Notes under the pieces: model-generated
Databases searched by the model: none
Told to the model about the DNA's origin: nothing
Seen by the model: only the letters and a program-made list of their open reading frames with translations
Program-made: the position numbers and the translations under genes
Shown: positions 1 to 7,448 of the stretch, in pieces
How the letters are laid out: each line of letters opens with the position of its first letter
Position numbering within the stretch: the first letter of the stretch is position 1
Source: Bacillota bacterium
GTDB taxonomy: Bacteria > Bacillota > Sulfobacillia > RBS10-35
Direction: 5' to 3'
DNA length: 25,180 nt
Assembly: GCA_029960865.1 (NCBI GenBank)
Contig: JASBVX010000001.1
Span: 1 to 25,180 of the forward strand

Positions 1-2
1 TG

Positions 3-1178
3 GTCTACGCCAAGGTGGACGGAGAAAAGTTCACCGCCTTCATCGTGGAGCGGGATGGGAAGGGCCTTTCCGTCAGCGAAGAAGTGAATAAGATGGGGAT
101 CAAAGGGTCCTCCACCCGCATGGTCTTCCTGGACGATGTCCCGGTCCCTGTGGAAAACGTTCTCGGGGAAGTGGGCAGGGGGGCCAAGATCGCCTTCACC
201 ATCCTGGACATCGGGCGGCTAAAGCTGGGGGTGGGTTCCCTGGGTTCCCAGCGGGAAGTCCAGAAGATCGCCGCTTCCTACGCCAAAGGGAGGGAACAGT
301 TCGGCCAACCCATCGCCAGCTTCCCTTTGATCCAGGAAAAGCTGGCCTTCATGGCGGCGGAAGCCTACGCTTTGGAGAGCGCTTCCTACCGCACCACCGG
401 CCTTCTGGATCAGCGGCTCCAAGGACTGGATGCCGGGAAGGCTACCGGCATCGTCGCGGAGTTTGCCCTGGAATGCTCTGCCCTCAAAGTGTATGGTTCG
501 GAAGTCCTGGGCCGCACTGTGGATGAAGCCGTCCAAATCCACGGGGGCTATGGGTACATGCAGGAATTCGCGGTGGAGCGGGCGTACCGGGATGCCCGCA
601 TCAACCGGATCTTCGAAGGAACCAACGAGATCAACCGCCTTTTGATCGTGGAAACCCTGGTGCGGCAGGCCATGGCGGGCTTGCCGGTCCTGCAGGCCGC
701 CACTGATGCTCTCAAGGGAGCGGCCGCGGCTTTGGAAGCGGTGAAGTCAGGGAAGGGGAGCACCTGGTTTCCTCAGGGAAAGGGGGAGGGTCCCGCCCAC
801 GAGCTTCTCTCCCTCACCCGGGCCGCCAGGGTGCTGGGACTGGCTCTGGCGGGGCAGGCCATCCAGAAGGTGGGACAGGATCTCAACAAAGAGCAGGAGC
901 TGGTGGGGCGGCTGGCCGACCTTATCCTCTACCTCTTCGCCGCCGAAAGCGCGTTCCTGCGGGTGGCCAAGGGCCACGAGGAAGGCCTTTTGCCTGCCCA
1001 GGTCTTCGCCCACGAAGCCGGCTGGAGGATGGCCCGGGCGGCCCAGGAAGCGGTGGACATCCTGGGGCTGGAGGCAGGGTGGCAGGAACTGGCCTTGAGC
1101 CTGGCCGACGGGCCCGTCAAGGGTCTCAAGGGACTGCGCCGTTCCCTGGCGGACAAGGTCCTCAGCGCTGCGCCGTGA
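3..1178 (+). CDS. Acyl-CoA dehydrogenase (FadE/ACAD9-like long form), 5'-truncated by window edge
   Basis: The frame is open from base 3 (VYAKVDGEKFTAFIVER). ACAD motifs are present: KMGIKGSST, L(D)IGRLKLG, GREQFGQPIASFPLIQEKLA, DEAVQIHGGYGYMQEF and YRDARINRIFEGTNEINR (catalytic Glu). A C-terminal extension (QELVGRLADLILYLFAAESA) is typical of long bacterial FadE proteins. Confidence 0.93.
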   Translation, partial: VYAKVDGEKFTAFIVERDGKGLSVSEEVNKMGIKGSSTRMVFLDDVPVPVENVLGEVGRGAKIAFTILDIGRLKLGVGSLGSQREVQKIAASYAKGREQFGQPIASFPLIQEKLAFMAAEAYALESASYRTTGLLDQRLQGLDAGKATGIVAEFALECSALKVYGSEVLGRTVDEAVQIHGGYGYMQEFAVERAYRDARINRIFEGTNEINRLLIVETLVRQAMAGLPVLQAATDALKGAAAALEAVKSGKGSTWFPQGKGEGPAHELLSLTRAARVLGLALAGQAIQKVGQDLNKEQELVGRLADLILYLFAAESAFLRVAKGHEEGLLPAQVFAHEAGWRMARAAQEAVDILGLEAGWQELALSLADGPVKGLKGLRRSLADKVLSAAP

Positions 1179-2310
1179 GGCGCCGGTAAAGAGCTTCGTA
1201 GAGGGGAATCACCTTGGACACGTGGAAATGGTCCCGGGCCCGCTGGGCGGCGGCCCGGGACATTTCCTGGTGGAGGGCAGGGTTTTTCAGGATGGCGAGA
1301 GCTCCCCGGGCCATGCCTTCCACATCTCCCACGGGGAAGAGAAAGCCGCTCCGGCCCTCTTCCACCACTTCCGGGATACCCCCCACCCGGCTTCCCACCA
1401 CAGGAACACCGCAAGCCATGGCTTCCAGGGCGGAAAGGCCGAAGCTTTCCTCTTCGGAGGGAAGGAGAAAGAGATCGGCGACGCTCATGTAGGGAGACAC
1501 ATCCGATTGGACGCCGAGAAAGGCGACCCGCTCCACCACCCCCTGGGTGACCGCTTCCTGATAAGCGGCAGGGGCCTCGGGCCCTTCTCCCACCAGCAGG
1601 AGGCGGGCCGGCAGCTCCCTTGCCACCAAGGCAAAGATCTTGATCACGTCCCGGACCCTTTTGATGGGGCGAAAGTTGGAGGCATGCAGCAACAGGGCCT
1701 CACCGGGGCGGGCCCACTGATTCCTCACGTGGAGCTCGGCCGGGGTGCACTGCCGTTCAATGTCGATGAAGTTGGGGATGACGTCGATGGGGCCCCGCAG
1801 CGCCAGGACCTCCCGGGCAGCCTCTGCCAAGGCTGCGGAGACGGTGGTGACCGCCTGAGCCCTTTCCAGGGCAAAGCGCAGCACCATGCCCAGGGCCGGA
1901 TCCCTGCCCAGGATGCGCACGTCCGATCCGTGGAGGGTGACCACGAGGGGAGGGCCCTTGGGCCCCAGGATTTCCTTTGCCAGGTAGGCGGAGGGAGCGT
2001 GGGGCACCCCATAATGGACATGGATGATGTGGCAGGGTTCCTCGGAAAGCGCTCCCACCAGAGTGCCTGCCAGGGCCATCTCATAAGGGCGGGCCAAAAG
2101 GACCGGGTAGTCGGGAACCTCGATGGGGTGGTAGCTCAAGCCCCGGAGGCCGGTCCGCAGTCGCAGGGGCACGTCGTGGCTGAACATATGGACCCGGTGA
2201 CCCCTTTCCACCAGGGCATGGGCCAGCTCGGCTGCCACCACCCCGCTTCCTCCAGGGGTGGGGTAACCTACCATGGCGATGCGCAGGGGCTGATCAACCG
2301 GCGCTTTCAC
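1162..2310 (-). CDS. bshA: N-acetyl-alpha-D-glucosaminyl L-malate synthase (bacillithiol biosynthesis, GT4)
   Basis: Motifs [51 protein letters not shown] and [21 protein letters not shown] match BshA throughout. GTG start with GGAG 6 nt upstream. Confidence 0.9.
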   Translation of the reverse strand: MKAPVDQPLRIAMVGYPTPGGSGVVAAELAHALVERGHRVHMFSHDVPLRLRTGLRGLSYHPIEVPDYPVLLARPYEMALAGTLVGALSEEPCHIIHVHYGVPHAPSAYLAKEILGPKGPPLVVTLHGSDVRILGRDPALGMVLRFALERAQAVTTVSAALAEAAREVLALRGPIDVIPNFIDIERQCTPAELHVRNQWARPGEALLLHASNFRPIKRVRDVIKIFALVARELPARLLLVGEGPEAPAAYQEAVTQGVVERVAFLGVQSDVSPYMSVADLFLLPSEEESFGLSALEAMACGVPVVGSRVGGIPEVVEEGRSGFLFPVGDVEGMARGALAILKNPALHQEMSRAAAQRARDHFHVSKVIPLYEALYRRLTAQR

Positions 2311-3169
2311 GGATGGCTCCCCCTCCCCCTGTTTGGGTCTGCACCCATGTGATGCCGAAGATCACGAGAAGACCGCCCAGGGCTTGGAGAGGGGTGAACC
2401 GTTCTCCCAGCCAGAGGGCACCCCAGAGGGCGGCGAGGGGAGTTTCCAAGGAAAGGAGGAGGGCGGTGTTGGCAGCTCCCAGCACTTGCAGGCTCTTGTT
2501 GACCCCCAAGATGGCGGCCACCGAAGGGAAAAGGGCGAGGCCTGCCAGGAAGGGCCAGCTCCCCCCGGCCGCCCAAAGGGGCTTTCCGGAGAAGACGGCC
2601 AGAAGAAGGGACGCGGCGGCGGCGGAGCCCAGAAGGGGCGTCAGGGCACGGTAGGCGGAGACTCTCCCCATGACCGGTTGCTGCAGCAGAAGGGTTAAGG
2701 CGTTGGTGACGGCGGCTCCCAGGGCAAAGAGGATGCCCTCCAGGGAGCCTTGCAGGCTGGTTCCTGTCAGGAGGGCAAGGCCGGCAAAGGCCAAAAGAAG
2801 CGCAACGCCATGGCGGGGGGTCAAGCGCTCCCGTCCCAAAAGGTGGCTTCCCAGCGCCACCAGGCCCGGGTACAGGAAGAGGAGAAGAATCGCCAGGGAT
2901 GTGGCGATGCGCTGAAAGGCGGCAAAGAGAAGAAAGGCGGTGACGGCGTAGCCCACCCCGGAGGCCAGGAGGACCCCCAGGTCCCGGCTCGGGAGTTTCT
3001 TCTCTCGGGGAGGGAAAAGAAGCTGCGCCGCCCCCACCGCCAGGAAAGCCAGGAGAAAGCGAAGCCAGAGGACCGTCAAGGCATCCGTCCCGGTGGCCAG
3101 GGCGCCCCGGGCCAGGATGCCTTCGAGGGAAAAGGCGGTGGCCGCCATCACTGCCCACATGCGCTTCAA
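2294..3169 (-). CDS. EamA/DMT family transporter (about 10 TM)
   Basis: Two-repeat hydrophobic pattern with LRFLLA, LLFLYPGLVALG...LGRER and LLLSLETPLAALWGALWLGERF. I place the start at TTG 3169, which has AAAGGA about 8 nt upstream and lies downstream of a putative extended -10, rather than at ATG 3208. ATG 3160 is an alternative. Confidence 0.88.
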   Translation of the reverse strand: MKRMWAVMAATAFSLEGILARGALATGTDALTVLWLRFLLAFLAVGAAQLLFPPREKKLPSRDLGVLLASGVGYAVTAFLLFAAFQRIATSLAILLLFLYPGLVALGSHLLGRERLTPRHGVALLLAFAGLALLTGTSLQGSLEGILFALGAAVTNALTLLLQQPVMGRVSAYRALTPLLGSAAAASLLLAVFSGKPLWAAGGSWPFLAGLALFPSVAAILGVNKSLQVLGAANTALLLSLETPLAALWGALWLGERFTPLQALGGLLVIFGITWVQTQTGGGGAIRESAG

Positions 3170-3198
3170 GCTTCGATCCTTTCCGCCGGCCACGATCC

Positions 3199-3207
3199 AG
3201 AATACCA
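3199..3207 (-). promoter_or_regulatory. Putative extended -10 promoter (TG-G-TATTCT) for eamA-bshA
   Basis: The minus strand reads TGGTATTCT about 30 nt upstream of the TTG start. No recognisable -35. Confidence 0.4.
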
Positions 3208-3228
3208 TGGGATCTGGAGGCAGGGACG

Positions 3229-3861
3229 ATGCCCTGTGTCTGGGCGGCTTACCTGGCTGCGGGAGAAAGCCGGCGCTTCGGCGGGCCCAAGCTGGAGGCT
3301 CCCCTTCTGGGGGTGCCCCTCTGGCGCTGGTCCCTGGCGCCCCTCAAGGCCCTCCAGGAGCGTTACCCCCTCCGCCTCCTGGCTGTGGTGGGGGAGGAGA
3401 CGCGGCATCTTCCCCTGGAGGTGGATGAAGTCCTCTGGAACCGGGAAAGGGCGGAAGGCATGGCCTCCTCCCTGCGCCAAGCAGCCCAGGCTGCGGCAGA
3501 GGGCGGCGCCGGGAGCCTCCTGGTGGTGTTGGGCGACATGCCTCTTTTACAGGTAAATACCCTGGAAACGATCCTCCGCCGCCGGCAGCCGGGTAGCATC
3601 GTCTTGGCCCAGGCCTCCTTCGGCCCGACGCCACCCGCCCTTTTCGATGCCGCCTTCTTCCCCCGCTTTGCGGAACTTTCCGGGGACGAAGGGGCCCGAT
3701 CCCTTTGGCGACAGGCCCCGGACGCCATCTCCCTGGTGGCGGTGGCCGACGAGGAGCTTCTGGACGTGGATACGCCTGAGGATCTTTTGCAGGCGGAGGT
3801 TATCCTCGGGCGGCGGGCAAGGACTGGATCTCTCGGGCCAGCTGCAGATCTTTTTCCGTGA
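3229..3861 (+). CDS. MobA-like NTP transferase, MocA/YgfJ type (molybdenum cofactor cytidylyltransferase-like)
   Basis: Motifs LAAGESRRFGGPKL, GMASSL, VLGDMP, PPALF, GDEGAR and LDVDTPEDL. GGAGG 8 nt before ATG. Confidence 0.85.
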   Translation: MPCVWAAYLAAGESRRFGGPKLEAPLLGVPLWRWSLAPLKALQERYPLRLLAVVGEETRHLPLEVDEVLWNRERAEGMASSLRQAAQAAAEGGAGSLLVVLGDMPLLQVNTLETILRRRQPGSIVLAQASFGPTPPALFDAAFFPRFAELSGDEGARSLWRQAPDAISLVAVADEELLDVDTPEDLLQAEVILGRRARTGSLGPAADLFP

Positions 3862-4075
3862 TGGCCCCCGCATCGTGGGTTGAGAGGCGCAGGGTCACCA
3901 CCTTATACTGGATCAGGATGTCGGGATGATGCTTTTGTTTTTCCGCCAGTTCCGCGACCCGGCCCACGAATTCCATGGCGTCCAGAAAGGACGGAAAGTG
4001 AAAAGTCTTGGCCAACGTTCCTTCCCGGATCTCCCATCCGGGAAGATCCTTCAGATGTTCGGGCGAAACCGCCAT
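3800..4075 (-). CDS. Pterin-4-alpha-carbinolamine dehydratase (PCD/PhhB family)
   Basis: Motifs LPGW, F.SF..AMEFV..VAELAE, HHPD and LSTHDAGAITEKDLQLA. The start is moved to ATG 4075 (AAGGAGG 7 nt upstream). Confidence 0.92.
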   Translation of the reverse strand: MAVSPEHLKDLPGWEIREGTLAKTFHFPSFLDAMEFVGRVAELAEKQKHHPDILIQYKVVTLRLSTHDAGAITEKDLQLAREIQSLPAARG

Positions 4076-4131
4076 GGCATTGCCTCCTTGCGGGATCCTC
4101 TTCCCCTCATTGTGCGGCAAGAGGTTTGCCA

Positions 4132-5184
4132 ATGAAAGGGAGCACCCGCTTTCGCGCCGTCCTTTTTGATCTCAGTTACACCCTTCTGGAACCCCAGCCG
4201 GGCTGGCCCCGCCAGCGCTGGGAGCTTTACCCCGATGTGATTCCCGTCTTGCAGCGCCTCAAACAGCAGGATTACCTCCTGGGGGTAGTGTCCAATTGGG
4301 GCCGCAGCGGGCGCCAGGAGCTGAAGCGCCTCGGGCTTCTCCCTCTTTTGGATGCCGTCCTCTTGTCGGGGGAGGTGAGCGTACAAAAGCCCGATCCCGC
4401 CATCTTCGCCCTGGCCCTGGCGGAGCTGGGGACGGAGCCGGAAGAAACCCTGATGGTGGGCGACCACTACGAACATGACATCTACGGGGCGGCAGGGGCC
4501 GGCATCATGGGCCTGCTCCTGGATAGGGCGGGGACGGTCGATCTTTGCCGCTATCCCTGCCCGCGGGTCCGCAGTCTCCAGGGTGTGGCCTTGGCCCTGG
4601 AAAAGGCTCCCCAGTGGGTTCCCCCCGGCCAGGCGGTGACCCGGAAAGGGGTACAGCCGCCCCGGCCCGCTGCCAGCGTGGCGGTGGTGCGGGATGGACC
4701 GCAAGGGCTGGAGGTGCTGATGGGCATCCGGGCAGTGCCCGGCTCCATGATGGGATTTGCCATCTTTCCCGGGGGTACGGTGGATCCTGCCGACCGGCAA
4801 GGCGGTGGCGAAGAGGAAGCCTTTTTGCGGGCGGCGGTGCGGGAGTGCCGGGAAGAGACGGGGATCCTCCTCCAAGACGAGATCTACCCCATGGGAGATC
4901 TGCTGGCCCCGGCCCATCTGGTTCCCCGCTATTGGACCCGCTTTTTCATCGCACCCCTTCCGGGAGGCGTTTCTCCTCGCCCTTACGAAGCGGAATTCAA
5001 GGAACTTCTCTGGGTCCGTCCCCGGGCCTACCTGGAGGAGCAAGAGGCGCACCTCCTTCTCCCCACCCGGGCCGTGTTGCGGCGCCTCGCCTCTTTTGCC
5101 ACCGCCGGGGAAGCCCTGGCAGCTGCCAAAAAGGATGGCTCCTCTTGGCTTTGCCCGGGGAGCCCTTTCCCCACTTTTCCTTAA
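4132..5184 (+). CDS. Capless HAD-family hydrolase fused to a Nudt19-like Nudix hydrolase
   Basis: HAD motifs: AVLFDLSYTL, GVVSNW, KPDPAIF, MVGDHYEHDIYGA. Nudix motifs: PRPAASVAVVRD, FPGGTVDPAD...AAVRECREETG, RYWTRFFIA, LPT..VL..L. The start is ATG 4132 (GAGG upstream); the ORF-track extension to 3880 overlaps the PCD gene and is unlikely. Confidence 0.85.
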   Translation: MKGSTRFRAVLFDLSYTLLEPQPGWPRQRWELYPDVIPVLQRLKQQDYLLGVVSNWGRSGRQELKRLGLLPLLDAVLLSGEVSVQKPDPAIFALALAELGTEPEETLMVGDHYEHDIYGAAGAGIMGLLLDRAGTVDLCRYPCPRVRSLQGVALALEKAPQWVPPGQAVTRKGVQPPRPAASVAVVRDGPQGLEVLMGIRAVPGSMMGFAIFPGGTVDPADRQGGGEEEAFLRAAVRECREETGILLQDEIYPMGDLLAPAHLVPRYWTRFFIAPLPGGVSPRPYEAEFKELLWVRPRAYLEEQEAHLLLPTRAVLRRLASFATAGEALAAAKKDGSSWLCPGSPFPTFP

Positions 5185-5185
5185 A

Positions 5186-5223
5186 GGTCGAAAGTTGCGG
5201 TATTCTCCTCTGACGTCCCGACA
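5186..5223. promoter_or_regulatory. Candidate Spo0A boxes upstream of spoIIE
   Basis: GGTCGAA at 5186-5192 (6/7 to TGNCGAA), TGACGTC at 5211-5217 (5/7), and TGTCGGG on the minus strand at 5217-5223 (5/7). The context (spoIIE upstream region) makes them plausible, but short matches can arise by chance. Confidence 0.3.
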
Positions 5224-5282
5224 TCCATCGCCCCTTCCCCGGGCGCACCATAGCCCAAGAGCCACGGGAAAGGAGCGATGGC

Positions 5283-7403
5283 ATGAGGGCCCGCTGGGAG
5301 GTGGCCAAGCTCCCCAGCCTGTTCTTCCTCCTGGGTCTAGGCCTGGGCCGGGCCTCCCTCTTTGGAAGCCTGAGCCCCTTTGGCGCCGCGTGGGTCCTGG
5401 CCACCTACTGGAAAGAAGGGTGGTCCCTGGCCCTTTGGGCTCTGGGAGGGGCGACGGCGGGGGCGTTCAGCCATGGGGGCTGGCTGGGAGGAGCGGAAAC
5501 CCTTTTCCTCTCCCTGGCCGCCATCCTCTACGGGGAGGCCCGGGGAAAACCTTCCTGGCAAGGGGCTCCCTGGTTCCTGGCCCTTCTGGTCACCGCCACC
5601 CTGGTGGGCCTCCCTTTCGCTTTCTGGGACCATTTCCCCGGACCCTGGGCGCAGGCAACGGCGCAAGCCCTTTTGATCCCGCTGCTGGCCTTTCTCTGGT
5701 ATCCGGCCCTGGCGGCTTACCCCGGGAGGCCTCCTGAAGAAGAACGCCTGGCGGTGACGGTGGCCCTGGTGGTGGGCGCCATGGTCCTGGTGGGAGGGCT
5801 GGGGAGAAGCGATGCCTTGGGCTTCCAGCCCGGAGAAGCTGCATCGGTGGTAATGGCCCTTCTGGCGTCTTCCCTGGCGGGGCCCCTCTGGGGCGCCAGC
5901 ACCGGCCTCCTTTTGGGCATGGGAAGCTACCTCTTCGGGGAGGGGAACGGCCTTTTGGCAGGGTCTTGGGCTTTAGGCGGGCTGGTGGCCGGCCTCTTCA
6001 TACCCTGGGGAAGGATTCCCGCGGCCCTGGGATTCTTTTTAGGGGTTCTGGTGCCTTTGCTGGCCGCCCCCTCCTTCTGGATCCCAGGAGGAGGCCCTTT
6101 CCTCTCCCTCCTGGTGGGCCTTGGGCTCTTTCTCATCCTCCCTCCCAGCTTCCTGGACATCCGTTGGTGGAAGCGGAAGCCCTGGCCCTGGAAACGGTCG
6201 GCGGGTACCACGGTGGCGCTGCGGGTGCTGCCCGGGGGGCGAAACCCCGCGGCGGGTGCTGGCCAAGAAGATCCATCCCTAGACTATGCCTCCCTCTTCC
6301 GGGAGCTGGCGGCCACCTTTGCCACGGCGCCCTCCCCCACCCTGGCCCCCAGGGTGGAGGCGGAGGCTCATCAGATCGAAAATATGGTCCGCCACATCCG
6401 GGGAGAAGTGTGCCGCCACTGTCCCAGCCACGGCGCCTGCTGGCGTTCCCAGGGGGTCCAGACGGCCCACCTGGTGCAGGAATTGATCCTCCAGACCCAG
6501 CGCCAGGGCCATCTCAGCCGCAGCCATCTCAAAGGCTTCTGGGTGACGACCTGCCTGCGGCCCGGGGAAATGGTGGTGGCGGTCAACATGGCGGTAGAGC
6601 TGCAAAAGATGCAGCGACGGCTCCAGGGTGAACTCAGCTTCGTCCGTTCCTTGATGGCCAGCCACTGGCAAAGCCTGGCCCGGGCGCTGGCCGAGATGGA
6701 AAAACCCAAAGCTCCCCGCCCTACGGACCAGCTCCTCCACTACCAGGTGGGGGTGGCCCGCAGGGCCAGGCCGGGCCGCTGGGTGTCGGGAGATTCCTAT
6801 CTGGTGAAGGAAGTGGGCCCTCACCTCCTGGTGGCGTTGAGCGACGGCATGGGGGTGGGGGAAGGGGCTTCCCGCCAATCCCAAAAAGCGGTCCGCCTTC
6901 TGGAAAAGCTCTTGGATGCCGGTGTGGAATGCGAAACGGCCGTCCAGTTCCTCAATACCTTCCTCCTCCTTTCCAGCCCTGACGAATCCTTTACCACGTT
7001 GGACCTTCTCCTCCTGGACCGGCGCCACGGCCAGGCTCGCTGGATGAAAGTAGGGGCGGCCCCCGGCTATTGGGTGCGGCGAGGCCAGCCGGTGGCCGTT
7101 TTCGGCCCTCCTGCCCCACCCCTGGGTATCCTGGAGGACATTCCCGTGGAAATGCGGGAGTTGCACCTGCAACCCGGCGATTGGGTGGTGTTGGTGAGCG
7201 ACGGTATCTACGAGCTGGGAGGGGACGAAGGAACCGAAGATTGGGTGGCCGGTTTTCTCGCCACCGGCCAAGGCCGGCCTCCCGCCCACCTGGCGGAGGG
7301 TCTGGTGGAGGCGGCGGCTCGGCGCCCGTCCCCCGGAAGCGAGGACGATCTGACGGCCCTGGTGGTGCGGTTGATGCCGCGGCGCCTTTGGGCCCAGGCT
7401 TGA
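5283..7403 (+). CDS. spoIIE: Stage II sporulation protein E (membrane-bound PP2C phosphatase)
   Basis: About 290 aa multi-TM N-terminus, Cys cluster CRHC-x5-CW...C, and PP2C motifs VSGDSY, LSDGMGVG, TTLDL, KVGAAP, PPLGI, VSDGI, EDDLT. AAGGAG RBS. Located directly upstream of tilS-ftsH. Confidence 0.9.
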   Translation: MRARWEVAKLPSLFFLLGLGLGRASLFGSLSPFGAAWVLATYWKEGWSLALWALGGATAGAFSHGGWLGGAETLFLSLAAILYGEARGKPSWQGAPWFLALLVTATLVGLPFAFWDHFPGPWAQATAQALLIPLLAFLWYPALAAYPGRPPEEERLAVTVALVVGAMVLVGGLGRSDALGFQPGEAASVVMALLASSLAGPLWGASTGLLLGMGSYLFGEGNGLLAGSWALGGLVAGLFIPWGRIPAALGFFLGVLVPLLAAPSFWIPGGGPFLSLLVGLGLFLILPPSFLDIRWWKRKPWPWKRSAGTTVALRVLPGGRNPAAGAGQEDPSLDYASLFRELAATFATAPSPTLAPRVEAEAHQIENMVRHIRGEVCRHCPSHGACWRSQGVQTAHLVQELILQTQRQGHLSRSHLKGFWVTTCLRPGEMVVAVNMAVELQKMQRRLQGELSFVRSLMASHWQSLARALAEMEKPKAPRPTDQLLHYQVGVARRARPGRWVSGDSYLVKEVGPHLLVALSDGMGVGEGASRQSQKAVRLLEKLLDAGVECETAVQFLNTFLLLSSPDESFTTLDLLLLDRRHGQARWMKVGAAPGYWVRRGQPVAVFGPPAPPLGILEDIPVEMRELHLQPGDWVVLVSDGIYELGGDEGTEDWVAGFLATGQGRPPAHLAEGLVEAAARRPSPGSEDDLTALVVRLMPRRLWAQA

Positions 7404-7407
7404 TGGG

Positions 7408-7448
7408 GTCCCTTCCCTCGGGGAGACTGGGGGAAAGGGGGAAGGGAT
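7408..7448 (+). promoter_or_regulatory. Inverted repeat pairing over the tilS RBS and start codon
   Basis: TCCCTTCCC (7409-7417) is the exact reverse complement of GGGAAGGGA (7439-7447, which includes the A of ATG). It extends to 12 bp with two G-U pairs. Confidence 0.4.

Noticed and set aside
1222-2352. 376-aa plus-strand ORF opposite bshA, and similar mirrors at 4051-5265, 6279-7289, 14727-15659, 17744-18691, 20405-21598 and 22728-23477
   Set aside because: Codon-aligned antisense mirrors of real genes, with no independent evidence.
4116-4130. GGCAA-GAGGT-TTGCC inverted repeat around the HAD-Nudix RBS
   Set aside because: A 5-bp stem is not significant, and the SD lies in the loop rather than being occluded.
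3880-4131. N-terminal extension of the HAD-Nudix ORF
   Set aside because: It is antisense to the well-supported PCD gene, and HAD motif I begins right after ATG 4132.
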